A stretch of DNA of 64,000 nucleotides. It comes from Octopus vulgaris (Eukaryota). The first letter of the stretch is position 1. Each line of letters starts with the position of its first letter. Location of the stretch: assembly GCA_951406725.2 (NCBI GenBank), contig OX597817.1:1612001-1676000 (forward strand), given 5' to 3'. A program made the translations under genes and the position numbers. The notes under the pieces were generated by a model. That model was not told where the DNA came from, did no database searches, and saw only the letters and a program-made list of their open reading frames with translations. This document shows positions 13,327 to 26,409 of the stretch, piece by piece.

Positions 13327-13859
13327 GTGTACACGTATCCGTATATGCATATGTGGATAACAAACGCACGCATATACATGCATGTATAATCACAATTAAA
13401 TGCGTAGAATTACACGTGCACACATATTCTGTGCATGTTTCATCATATAAAGTCACACACACACACACACACGTACGTACAAGCTGACATATACAAAACT
13501 CGTTATTGAATTCTACATGTAGTCAGTTTTGAAATAAACAATAGTTAACGACTCCTCATAGTATGTCAATCACTTAGTCTAAGAGATACATAGCTATTTT
13601 GATGAATTACATTATACTTAAAACTTATCTGTATCGACACACAAATGCTGTCATCGACGTTGTAAGACAGTCTCGAATTTAATAGTAGATCCAGCCATAA
13701 AAGGCAACTGTTGTGATGAAACGAGCTATTTTGGACACCATGAACGTTTAAAATGAGTGAAGATAGTGTGATGCCATGCAGAGAAATTCCACATATTTTG
13801 TTCTCTTCCTCATTCCCAGACTAAAAGATAGAAACTAAATTGAGTTTGGGCTTCCTGTC

Positions 13860-15065
13860 GCATACCCAGAACTATGTAGTGTGCAAATATAGCCCTGACG
13901 TCAACTGCAAAACCAGAAATATAGTTTACCGAATAAACTGCATGGATGCTGATTGAAAAAACCGGAAGACTGCATACAGAGGTGAAACAGCGAGAAGTTT
14001 GGCCGAACGCATAAATGGACATTGGAGGGAGTACAGGGATCAAAGACAATCCTCGATAGTCTACCAGCATGCCAAAGAACAGCATGGTGGTGTGCTGAAC
14101 CGGATTAGCATAGAAATCCTGTCTAGACACACGGATGACACATCGCTACGACAGATACGAGAGTCAGTCTTCATAAACGAAACACGACCGGTTTTGAATA
14201 GTAAATACTCTCAATAAGCAAGGCCTTACAAAGACCCATGAATACACATACACATATACACATACACGCACACACACAAGCGGGACATAAACACACACAC
14301 ACACGCACATACACATGCAAAGACAAACAAGGACACAGTCATGCCTTCACGCCCACATGGACACACACACGGGAAACATACATACAGAAGTACACACGTA
14401 CACACAAATACACAGGAACTCACACACATACGAACGCACTCACATGCACACGAGCACACACATACATACATACATACACGAATACACGCGTATGCATACG
14501 CATGCTCGTACTCACGCACTGATAGATATCAATTTATTCAACATTTATCAAACAAAGAAGACAGTTTAACTGTCTTTCAGAGAAACACCAATGAACGTCT
14601 GCGTTTGCGAAGAGAACAAAGAGAAAACGAAAACCGCCATCTTATGCCTATGAAAAATGACACAAGTCAGTAATTAAAAAACACACACAACATAAGGATG
14701 CACACACTTTCTTATGAACAGGCAGACACACTGACATATTCACATACTCATCTCGGACAGATCTCGGAAAAATCCCAACGCTGGAAAATATGTTTAAAGA
14801 AATGGAGGTAGAGAGACGTATCACCGAAGAGATTGCAACAATGCGATGAAATAATTATTTGACGAAACAATAAAAAAAAAAATAATAATTGAAATGATAA
14901 TACGAACAATACTGAATATTTGAACTATTGATTAACTGTTTGAACCAAGTGTTTAATATATGAGTTATAACAATAAATGACTGAACCAGTGCGTGTGTTT
15001 ATTATTACCGGTATAATGCCCTTCCCAATGTTCAATGGTATTTCTTTCAACACATGAATTCATAT
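13860..15065 (+). mobile_element. Penelope-like element 3' remnant (GIY-YIG endonuclease plus 3' region)
   Basis: Frameshifted VCKYSPDVNCKTRNIVYRINC..YRGETARSLAERINGHWREY..YQHAKEQH..LRQIRESVFINETRPVLNSK (13875-14217); ends near (TA)n. Confidence 0.8.
14817..14865 (+). ncRNA. Degenerate hammerhead motif in PLE 3' region
   Basis: tca-CCGAAGA-G-ATTGCA acaa TGCGAT-GAAA-TAATTATT-tgacg; palindromic AAATAATTATTT as stem III; core carries substitutions. Confidence 0.5.
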
Positions 15066-15094
15066 AAAGAATCTTGCGACCCAAATACAAATAC

Positions 15095-15151
<57 letters not shown>

Positions 15152-15480
15152 CGTATATATATAGTTCGTATATATATATATAGCCCCTGTAGCGAGAAGT
15201 AAATACCTGTGGTATCAGAAATTTCAGCATCATGAAAATGACTAGAACAATTATAACAACCAATTATAACACTACTGCCATCACAACTATCAAGAATTTT
15301 ACATATAAACACATATAAATACATCCATTCACGGGAAAACAAGCTTACTTGTTATACACACGTATACCCTCTCCCCACGCACTCACAATCACACAGAGTT
15401 GGATATTCGTCCCGAAAGTTAAAAATATTTCAAAGAGAACAAGGCATTCACCTATTTTTGCTTTACGTCTTGGAACCTAG

Positions 15481-15537
<57 letters not shown>

Positions 15538-15548
15538 GTATGTATATA

Positions 15549-15689
<141 letters not shown>

Positions 15690-15740
15690 CTTTTTTTTTC
15701 TAGTTTCAGCTCAGAGCTGCGGCCATGCTGATGCACCGCC

Positions 15741-15789
<49 letters not shown>

Positions 15790-16043
15790 ATTTCTACGAT
15801 TGTCAAAGCAGTTTTCTTGCTTTAGATTTCTGGCTTCAAGCTTTCTACCTTGACACCAGGAGTTGGTACTAAGAGTCCAAAATAATATTTTTCTTATATC
15901 CAAGCGGCTATACAAATATTTACATCACTCTCCATGCCGAAGCTCTGTTTCATTGGGGCCACAGCAAGACGTGTTGGTGGAATAAGCTGGTTTACATTCT
16001 TTGGAATACATACATACATACATACATACACACACACATATAC

Positions 16044-16080
<37 letters not shown>

Positions 16081-16480
16081 TACATACGTACATTCGCACA
16101 CACATTTATACAAATATATACATAGGTATAAATATACATGTGTATGTACCTATGTGTGTGTTTGTGTGTGTGTGTTATGTATGTTTATATGAATTTAAGT
16201 AGGTAAATAATATAAAACGTGGTGGTCGGTTGAGTATATCTCTGCACCACTTGAGTTTCGAAACCGAAGTAAAATAAAAATAAATGAAAAGATGAGAATA
16301 AAAAACAGTATATAAAATAGTAAGTACAAATAATTAAATAAATAAGTAAATAAAATTTCCGGTGCAGAATTTTCGAAATTCTAACTTTCGTACATAGACC
16401 AGAAAAACTAACCCCTGCAAGGCAGAAAAGATATAACATTTAGTAGCGTGCAATATGTCTACGCTTACACACAAACATGG

Positions 16481-16558
<78 letters not shown>

Positions 16559-16950
16559 ACACACACAAATGCTCATGACTTACATGTACACACACTCACG
16601 CATGTATGATTGGTATCTGAAGTTTACATTCATATTTTATATAAGCGTGAAACTTTAAGTAATATTCTAGAGATTCATCAACTGTATTGATAAATATATT
16701 CTCTGCACAATATAAAGAGTGCTCTTTTCTTCAATTCCTACACATAAGCGTATTGTAGAACATAGATATATTGTAGAACTATATACCTAAGTTATGATGT
16801 GTACCCAATGTATAATATAAGAATGATATACCACGAGGATGTTATAATGTAGATCAAAGCATTTGTTTCTGCACCACACACCAGCTTTAAGTCGCTGAGT
16901 TTATATTCGTATATCATTAGGCAATATTGTTCTTGATAATTACTATATTG

Positions 16951-17158
16951 TTACTCTTTTACTCTTTTACTTGTTTCAGTCAACTGACTGCGGCCATGCT
17001 GGAGCACCGCCTTTAGTCGAGCAAATCGACCCCGGGACTTATTCTTTGTAAGCCCAGTACTTATTCTATTGGTTCTTTTGCCGAACCACTAAGTGACGGG
17101 GACATAAACACACCAGCATCGGTTGTCAAGCAATGCTAGGGGAACAAAAAAGGACACA

Positions 17159-17218
<60 letters not shown>

Positions 17219-17350
17219 CATATATACGACGTGCTTCTTTCAGTTTCCGTCAACCAAATCCACTTGCCCAAGATGCCACGCAGTGGGACTGAACCCTGAA
17301 CAATGTGGTTGGTAAGCAAGCTACTTACCACACAGCCACTCCTGCGCCTA
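16951..17350 (-). mobile_element. SINE family A
   Basis: Head taggcgcaggagtggctgtgtggtaag on the minus strand; internal (CA)n. Confidence 0.9.
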
Positions 17351-17475
17351 TATGTTGAATATTTTTCAGGAACAACCATGTGTGGGTATATAGATACATA
17401 ATGGACTCTGCCGTCGTTATACGACGTACGTGGGTTCGGCACTGTCTCGGTGAACAACCACACAAATGACTTGTT

Positions 17476-17697
17476 TATATGATCAAATGTTTGTATTCAC
17501 GTAAGCTCACTCTCTTCATCAAATCGACGTTACCTGCACAGGTTCCCCACATGCCACATGTTAGATGAAATGGTTGCAGAGCAACGTGAAATGAAGTGCT
17601 TTGCTCAAGAACACAACGCAACACTCCGGTCTGGGAATCGAACCCACGATCTCGCAATCGTGAGTGCAACACCTTAACCACTAAACCATGCGCCTCC
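17476..17697 (-). mobile_element. tRNA-derived SINE (family C-like)
   Basis: Minus strand ggaggcgcatggtttagtggttaagg..gggttcgattccc provides A and B boxes. Confidence 0.8.
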
Positions 17698-18190
17698 AGA
17701 CATGCATACATACATACATACATACATACATACATACATACATACATACATGTCTATTATATGCAGAAAAAGCAGCAATAATTTTTAATATTCATTTAAG
17801 TATCATGCTCAATGTAAATACATCGGCGAAAGACAAATCTACCGAGATATTTAGCACTCTTTGTAAAGCTTCTTCACTGCAGAAGCTTTATAAATGTCTT
17901 TAAATTCTAACGATCTAACAGTATTTACCCAATAACTTTTTGCTTTTTATTTACAGGACTACATTATACAAAGATGTCTTTATTTGTAACAGTAGAATTT
18001 GATTTAAAAAAAATTCCATTGTTTTTTCTAGAAAAACGAGAAATCACGTAGAGGAACGAACATTAGATCGATAAGGTTTGGTGTGACTGAGCAAGGCTAT
18101 TGTCTGAAGCGTTCCATAAGCCATAACCGTTCTACAAGCGATAAGATTTTGCTGTTGAAATTCATGCGCAATAAACTTCTACTTCTACAA

Positions 18191-18576
18191 TAGGCGCAGG
18201 AGTGGCTGTGTGGTAAGTAGCTTACTTAGCAACCACATGGTTCCGGGTTCATTCCCAATGCTTGGCACCTTGAGCAAGTGTGGCCGACCAATGCCTTGTG
18301 AGTGGATTTGGTAGACGGAAACTGAAAGAAGCTCGTCGTATATATGTATATATATATATGTGTGTGTGTGTGTGTGATTGTCCCCCTAGCATTGCTTGAC
18401 AACCGATGCTGGTGTGTTTACGTCCCCGTAACTTAGCGGTTCGGCAGAAGAGACCGATAGAATAAGTACTAGGCTTACAAAGAATAAGTCCTGGGGTCGA
18501 TTTGCTCGACTAAAAGCGGTGCTCCAGCATGGCCACAGTCAAATGACTGAAACAAGTAAAAGAGAGAGTAAAAGAG
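18191..18576 (+). mobile_element. SINE family A
   Basis: A/B boxes, CORE-like ggcaccttgagcaagtg and a (agagtaaa)-type tail. Confidence 0.9.
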
Positions 18577-20441
18577 TTATACACAAAATACTTCAACAAT
18601 TTTTTAAAATAAATTTCTTAATGATATTTAATTATGAAAATAAAAGATTATATTTTAAAACATTGAATGAGTATAAGGGTCTAGAAGAGTAAAACTAATC
18701 AAAGGGGTCTATAGGCAAAGAAAAAAAAAAGGTTGAGAAAATGTTGCTACTATCTCTAGCAGTCCAAGAGACCGTGTAATGAACTTCACGTTAGGTGAGG
18801 ATATAAGGTTGATTGAATTAACCGGAGTATTACTGAAACAGAATATTGAATTTCAATTACAAGTGGTCAAGGAAATGTCAACGAAGCGAGAGCTCCTTTG
18901 GGGTGAAAGGTCAGCTGGACACTGTTGCCATGTGTAGCTATGCATTACTAACAGGATGGCAGGTGTTTTATTTAATATTTTTTTTTGCCACTAATGTGTC
19001 CTGTTGTGTCTGTTTTATGGACGTATAATAGGATTCTGTCGTACGTCCTAATCTCGTCTCGTCTGGAGTCTTTTAAGCTAATGACGCCACCTATAGCAGT
19101 CAATGTAGCACTGACAATAGGGCTCCTGTCACTGCTTATAACTTTGTTTACTTATCAATGCTTATTATAAACGCTTAGTTTATAAGACTTACCAACTGAC
19201 GCTAGCAGATTATTTCATCTACTCAATCCATTAATTACTAGCAAACACACACACACTTACCCTCCATGTGCGTGAAAAAAAAAAATATATACACACACAC
19301 ACAAATAGGTAGATAGATAGATAGATAGAAAGATAGATAGACAGACAGACAGAGAGATAGAGGGACAACTACTTGCGCATGCATACATAATTGTATTGGG
19401 GTCGCAACATTTCTTTGATACATGTAAAGTTGAAGAGACGCCCATAAGTCTGGTTAATCTGGTTAATGTTGAGTTTTTCTATAACTCTGATACATTTCTT
19501 TGTACTACTTTGTAGTAGGGTGATTTTTATTTCATTACAGTAAAAAAATTAGGTTCCTAATGTTGTTTTTTTATTCGACGGTTTTCTTTATTTCATTTTG
19601 TTATCAAAAAGTAGAAATTAAAAAAATTAACATGAAATCCCCGCCAAAAAAAACTCTGAACTGCTTTCTGGAAAGTAAAAATGCATATGTTCGTTTTGTG
19701 AGATACTGGAAGACGTTCTGAGAGTAGTTTGTAAAATATACTGCCATGTTGTCAGCTCCTATTCAATGCATATAAAATTTTCAGTCGAATCCTACTATTC
19801 TTTCCATTCTATGCTATTGTTGTTTAGTCCTCGGTTGACCGTGTTCGTACAAACCTAGGATGAAAGGCATTCATTAAACTTTTAAAGTTCAATTTCGGGA
19901 TTTTGACTCCTTAGCAACAACCCATTATCTATTTAATCAAATTAGTATTAATAACGAACTAGGACCTCAAACTTACTCTGATGCATAGACGCTAAGCTCA
20001 GATAGCTCTGGTTCGATTTTCCAGCTAATAGTGATCATTCGATCATTAATACCATACAGGATCTATCATTATTCCCTATATACACATATGAAATATTCTT
20101 TACATTCTTCTAATATTTTGTTGCCATTCATTTACGAGTATTATAAATTTTATAGGTAAAATATTTTTCTGGGAGCAAATTATGATTTATAACATTGCTA
20201 CTATAGGAAATTATTGCTCTGCTTTATGATTTTTCGCTTTATGAGCGATCTTCGGGAACGGATTAACATGTATATCGAGGCATTACTGTAGAATTAAACA
20301 AGACGCTCCATATCCACTACTGTTGTGGCTTTGAGTAAAGAATGTCGCTAATGCCAGTTTCAGTCTTTGATGAATTTATACAAATGTTACATCCATACAG
20401 CCTATATTCTACTACGTTTGAGTAATTTTTATATACTTGTA

Positions 20442-20659
20442 CAAAGGGGTACTAAGAAGTTCCTGGCTGTGGGTAAAAAGAAAATACAGGATGATCCATT
20501 AATTATGATTTTATCCAACGTATTCCCCTCTCAGATCTACACACTTATTGCAGCAGTCCTTCAGTTTTTCTAAACCCTGTAAAAGACCTCGGAAGTTTGG
20601 GCCTCCAACCAGACCTTTCGCAACACCCGCAAAGCCAGGAACTTTTCAGTACTTCCTCG
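20442..20659. mobile_element. mariner-type MITE
   Basis: TIRs ta|caaaggggtactaagaagttcctggct and agccaggaacttttcagtacttcctcg|ta, with TA TSD. Confidence 0.8.
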
Positions 20660-21454
20660 TATCATTATATTAATGGATTATGTTGTTTTATTTCATGTCC
20701 CTGTAACTTCTACAATTGGTATTCTATTTTCTTTATTTCCTGGGACTTATATATTTGTCATCTATTGAGATTAGGTCAATTTTGAATAACTGTGCTATAT
20801 ACCTTATTTTTTCCATGGTTGTGGGTAAATATATTGGGCAGTGTTTTTAAATCGGATGTATAATAAAAATACCTTTCAATTAAAATAAATTTCAACTTAG
20901 CGAGAAGGATTTGTACAAAAGTGTCTGATAAAAATACCTACGACTTCATGAACTAAAAACCAACATACTTATCAGGAGAAATTATCCACCTTCACGAACA
21001 GATGATGGGGTAAAATGTACCAAGAGAATTGATAACCAGATACTAATAGAAGTAAAACGAAATAACACACCCTAATTAAAAATACTACCCTGTATAAATC
21101 TGGGTTATTCTTGGCTTACTTAGTTTTTATATAACATAATATTTACATTTTCATTAAATCTAGTTTCATTGACAATTTTCAGCAATATGTGACGTCATAA
21201 GCGAAATGTCCGTCTTCAAAACACTGTATTTTCTGTATACTATATTTTGACATTGATTCGAGTTAGAATTTTTTTGTCATGTAAGGTACACATGTGTGTG
21301 TATGTGCGTGTATTTGTGTGCGTGTGTGTTTGTATATGTGTACGTACGTGCGTGCATATCTTTGTAGGTTTTTGTACAGTTGTATCATCTGGAAAAATGA
21401 GATATATAAAATGTTTTAATTTTAAATACTTTCACCTTTTATCTGCTGAAATAT

Positions 21455-21853
21455 CCATTTCTACTCTAGGTACAAGGCCCGAAATTTTTGGGGAGGGGCC
21501 AATCGATTAGATCGACCCCAATACGTAACTGATATTTAATTTATCGATCCCAAATGGATGAAAAGTAAAGTCGACCTTGGCAGAATTTGAACTCACAACG
21601 TAAAGACAGATGAAATACCTATTTCTTTACTACCCACAAGGGGCTATACACAGAGGGGACAAACAAGGACAGATAAACGGATTAAGTCGATTACATCGAC
21701 TCCAGTGCGTAACTGGTACTTAATTTATCGACCCCGAAAGGATGAAAGACAAAGTCGACCTCGGCGGAAGTTGAACTCAGAACGTAGCGGTAGATGAAAT
21801 ACCGCTGAACATTTCGTCCGGCGTGCTAACGTTTCTGCCAGCTCGCCACCTTC
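21455..21853 (-). mobile_element. Dimeric SINE B with 14-bp TSD
   Basis: TSD atctgctgaaatat at 21441-21454 and 21854-21867. Confidence 0.9.
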
Positions 21854-21873
21854 ATCTGCTGAAATATTGGAAA

Positions 21874-23541
21874 CTAGCAGAGATAACTGGCGTTGCCCGT
21901 GTTATAGGCAATTCAAGAATTAGACTTTTCTGTTATATTTTCTTTAATGAACTGGAATGGCTATGATTCGAATTACATCAAAATTGCAGATGAGGGTTTA
22001 TCCCCACGTTACACACCCTAAAAAATTCAATTTATGACACATGTATCCCATACTACTGATCTTTATGCGCAGATTCCAAAATTATGGAACCGGCTAAAAG
22101 GATTTTGCTCTTGAAAAATGGAGGTCATGGAGCTCTAAAATGTGGGAGTTAAGGGCTACTATTAGGGTGGGTGTCTTAATGTCAACCAGAGAAGTATAAT
22201 TGTTGAGTATCTTTTTAACTTGGGCCTTATATATATTGTTCGAATTTCTTTGAAATAGGAAATATATGTATGTTCACTGGGTTTGTAAAAGCGAGCAAAG
22301 CTACAGGAAACCAAACGACGAATGATCACAATAAGCAGTCAGCTACCCTACCCTAGTCGTTACTACTCCCCAATGTAGGATTCCTCATCATACAGGTGAC
22401 AGGCACGGCCGTATGATGCATTACGGATCTATAGTAAGTGGAAGGGCGTGACCAAACTCAAACATTAACAACTGTGTGACGTAAGGGCTAAGGGAAAATG
22501 AAAATGTCACCGCTGGAGTTTGACCACTATACCGATAGGTAACTGGACAGAATAAATTTACTATCTATAAATGTCTTTCAATAACCAGTCACTCATCTGG
22601 GAGGGCCTTGAAATCATTGCTACCATCGGGGGACTATTTATGACCCAGTGATGTAAGAAAGAATCAAAGGAGGTCTGCAATGAAATAATTTTACTCAACA
22701 CTTTGCAACTGAATCCGTAGAGGCATAGATGCCTCTCATTAACTTGACAACTTATGCATCACATTGCAGAAATCACAATCTAAGTATACCTCAAAGCAAA
22801 GTCTTACACTGTTGTACGATTAAATTACAAATAACGCTCATTTTTTATGCTCGGGTGACCCTACAGCTTCCAAGTGTATTCGTCTTTGCTTAGATAAAAT
22901 AACTAAATTGTGGGTTTTAAGTCCCCATGAAGGGGTCTTTCTAACTTCTAAGAAATATTTAGAAATATTTAGAAATATTACTTCATTTGTGTCTAATATC
23001 TATGGTTAAAATTTCATTAACAGCAAAAATATTTGAATTTTCATGGGGGTTATGGCCATTATGCATAGAATATAATTTTAAAATTTCATAAAGATCCATT
23101 CGGTACTTTTGACCTAGTTTTGGATCATAAAAAAAAATGACTAAAATTTGGGAGTTAAGGTCCCCTCTAGGAGGTCTTAGAATCCTCATGGGAAATGGAA
23201 ACTTTGAGAATGTTTCTTGATGTGTGTCAACACATGGTTGAAATTTCATCAACATCGAAAATTTATGAATTTTCATGGGGGTTCTGCCCCCTTTAAGCCA
23301 TCTCAAATTCAAACCGAATATACTGCATTATACCCACCCTTATGCATTGAATCTAAGTTCCAAATAACATAAGGATCCATTCAATAATTTTGGTCCGTGA
23401 AATTGTATGCAACACACAGCATTACTCTTCTCCCTAGGCTTGGATTTTGTGTTCCAAATTTCATCAGGATCGGTGTAGTAGTTTTCGAATGTATGAATAA
23501 AACACGAACGCACATAAAGACATTGACTTTTATATAATAGA
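21874..23541 (-). mobile_element. Non-autonomous Helitron
   Basis: Minus strand A|TCTTATATATAAAA ... acgggcaacgccag..CTAG|T: 5' TC, 3' CTAG with subterminal GC-rich hairpin, A|T target and no TSD. Confidence 0.75.
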
Positions 23542-23577
23542 TATGAATATGCACATATATATAAATGTATGTATGTG

Positions 23578-23644
<67 letters not shown>

Positions 23645-23649
<5 letters not shown>

Positions 23650-23938
23650 GTAAATGTAATATGTGACAATTATTCGGTAGCCATGATAAAACTCCGAGTT
23701 TCGGATGTCGGGGTGGAAAACCACGCCGCCATCTCTTCAGTTATCCGGCCATCAGAGGCATTTTTCCGATGGCCGGATAACTGAAGAGATGGCGGCGTGG
23801 ATTTCCACCTCGGCATCCGAAACTCGGAGTTTTATCATGGCTACCGAATAATTGTCACATATTACATTTACAGATAAATTCCTCTATTTACATAATATAA
23901 AGGTCTCTTTCATTCTTTTGTTGTCTTACCATTTTTAT

Positions 23939-23941
<3 letters not shown>
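23645..23941 (+). mobile_element. (TA)n-embedded fold-back element with hammerheads on both arms
   Basis: 109-bp arms (23645-23753 / 23768-23876, 3 mismatches), 14-nt loop and ~65-bp unique tail; (TA)n on both sides. Confidence 0.85.
23776..23836 (+). ncRNA. Type-I hammerhead ribozyme motif (mirror copy at 23685-23745 minus)
   Basis: GATAA-CTGAAGA-GATG..GTGG attt CCAC..CATC-C-GAAA-CTCGGAG-TT^-TTATC: stem I GATAA/TTATC, GUU triplet, near-palindromic stem III. Confidence 0.75.
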
Positions 23942-23992
<51 letters not shown>

Positions 23993-24084
23993 GCACACAC
24001 ACACAAAAAGATAGATTGATAGATACAACTGAGTGGGCAAACAAAAATATGAGACACTGCCTAGTACTTTTTTTTATTTTGATA

Positions 24085-24350
24085 AGCTTGGTACTTATTC
24101 TATCAGTTTCTTCTTGTCAAACCAGTAAGTTATGGGGATGTAAATAAACGAACAGCAGTTCTGAAGCAGTGATGAGGGAGAAACAGAGACAAAGACACAC
24201 ACATACACATGCATATATACATACATATATATACGATTGATTACCTTCAGTTTCTGTCTACAAAATCCACTCACAAGGCTTTGGTTGGTCTGAGGCTATA
24301 GCAGAAGACACATGCCAAAGTTTGTTACTACACAGCCACACCTGCACCTA
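24085..24350 (-). mobile_element. Degenerate SINE family A
   Basis: aaatccactcacaaggctttgg..gaggctatagcagaagacac motif. Confidence 0.75.
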
Positions 24351-24536
24351 TGTATATGTGTGTGTGTATGTGCGTGTATGGGTGTATATATGTATGCATG
24401 TATATATGTGTACATATTACATGTACATCTATATATATACCTCAACACATATACATGTATACATATACATCTATATCTATATATATACATATATATATAT
24501 ATACATCTATACATATACATGTATACATATACAGCT

Positions 24537-24568
<32 letters not shown>

Positions 24569-24612
24569 ATATATATATACATCAATATATATACATTTGT
24601 GCAGATGTATAC

Positions 24613-24671
<59 letters not shown>

Positions 24672-24674
<3 letters not shown>

Positions 24675-26352
24675 ATAAATGGTGGGGTTGTGTTGACCGC
24701 ACGTGGAGAAATGACAAGCAAGGAAAAATTGTAAAAATGCAGAATGCTAAATTGAAAGAAAATTTTAATGAAATGAGAAATTGATAAAATATATAAATAT
24801 ATATTAATTCAAACCGGTTTTCGTCATACTGTGACTTTTCAAGAATTGTAAAAAAATTTTTTAAAAGTGAGAAAGGGGAAAAAAGAAAATTGCATTGTTT
24901 TTTGCAAAAGAATAATAATAAATATGTACAAAAATTTAAAAATAAGTACTCCGATACATTGTGAATTCTTTGTGTATCTTGAGTTTAATGATTGTTCACG
25001 AAAAAATTACCTTGAAGTATTAGGATTAAAACCATGTGTTGTTAGTTTAATTAAGGATGTTGGCAAAACAGGAAGTAGTAGTAATTGTAGTTCTTCAGTT
25101 CCTGTGTTGTGAATAAGGGAAGACAACTCTTTTGAGTTCTTCAATTTGTGTTTATCAATTTTTTGTAATAAAGGTTGTTAATAAACCTTAAATTATAGAA
25201 TTATCATTTTAGCTTCATTTGCATTATCTTTTTTATATAATTGTTTGTTAATTTAACATTCAGATTTTAACACTTTATTTATATTATTTTCTAATTATAT
25301 AAATTTGCATAGACCAATTTATAATTACATTTCAGATTGTTATGTCATATATAATAAAAATGATAGTAATAACAACAATAGTAAAAATGATATTTAAAGA
25401 ATATAAGTTTTAGCTTGAAGTGATGAATGCATGGTATCCTTATATATTTGTGTTAGTCCATCCATGAAGAATGAGGTAGAAAAAGGAAGTATGATCAACG
25501 AGGAGTTTGCATATTAAGTTGTGTTTTGAATTTTTCAATAAAGAGACTCTCCTTGTTAATTCTCTCCTGTGTGGTGATCCCGTCTTTACATTGGTAGAAG
25601 GGGAATATGTAGAATTTGGGATTTAAGCGCATGAGTCTATGTGGTCACTCAGTGGAATTTGTCGGTATTCCGGGAGATTTATTTGTTCTTTATGCACCGT
25701 TACTCGTTTACGTAACGGGAGACTCGTTTGTCCAACATAATTATGTTGGCAACCAGCGCATGTGAGAACGTAGATAAGGTTCTCGGAGGAACAGGAGAAG
25801 TTAGTCTTGATTTTAAACTTCGTTCCTTGTTTGAAGGTAAATTCAGAGCCTTCAAGTAGGAAGGGGCAGGTGCCACAGTTTGGGCATGCACATTTTTTAA
25901 CTGCTGGGGGTGGATGTGGTGTGTGAAGTTTGGCATTTGTCAAGAGTTTTTTTAAAGATTTGTGTTGCCTTTTACATTTGAGGTTTTTGTGTGTATTTAT
26001 AATGTTTTTCATTTTTGGGTCTGTTGACAGTAGACTGAGGTTTTGTATGATTGTGGTGTATGCTTCGATATTTTTGGGGTTGTGGGTGGAAATGTATGGA
26101 AGTATTTTGGGGTTGTGTGTGGTGTTAGGTTGGGTGGTTTTCAGTGTAATGTTGTCTAGTTCTTTGGCGCGTTTTATTCCATACTCTATAAGGGTGGAGG
26201 GATATTGGCGTTGTAATAGTGTTTTTTTGCGGTCTTGAAGGCGTATTTCTCGTGTTTTTGGATCCGAGACAATGTTTTGGGTGGCATGAACTAAAGAGGA
26301 GGTATTGTTGTGAGTCTGTAGGTTTGTGGTAGATGTCTGTTATGATTTGATT

Positions 26353-26355
<3 letters not shown>
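24672..26355 (-). mobile_element. 5'-truncated Penelope-like retroelement (Neptune-like) in (TA)n
   Basis: RT thumb/linker LLQRQYPSTLIEYGIKRA..PYISTHNP; Cys-rich linker CACPNCGTC; GIY-YIG NLIYVLTCAGCQHNYVGQTSLPLRKRVTVH..KESLFIEKFKTQLN (~26350-25490, with stops); (TA)n on both sides. Confidence 0.9.
24806..24847 (-). ncRNA. Minimal hammerhead motif (variant core) in PLE 3' region
   Basis: Minus strand AATTC-TTGAAAA-GTCA cagta TGAC-GAAA-ACCGGT-TT^-GAATT; all three stems intact; palindromic stem III; core UUGAAAA instead of CUGANGA. Confidence 0.7.

Positions 26356-26409
<54 letters not shown>

Noticed and set aside
18191-18270. tRNA-like sequences (also 17630-17697, 26885-26960, 58097-58165)
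   Set aside because: They have A/B boxes but continue into SINE bodies; they are SINE heads, not tRNA genes.
23645-23876. Interpreting the fold-backs as MITEs or pre-miRNAs
   Set aside because: Asymmetric unique tails, HHR motifs and lack of transposase-type termini favour PLE-type inversion; the arms are longer and more perfect than typical pre-miRNAs.
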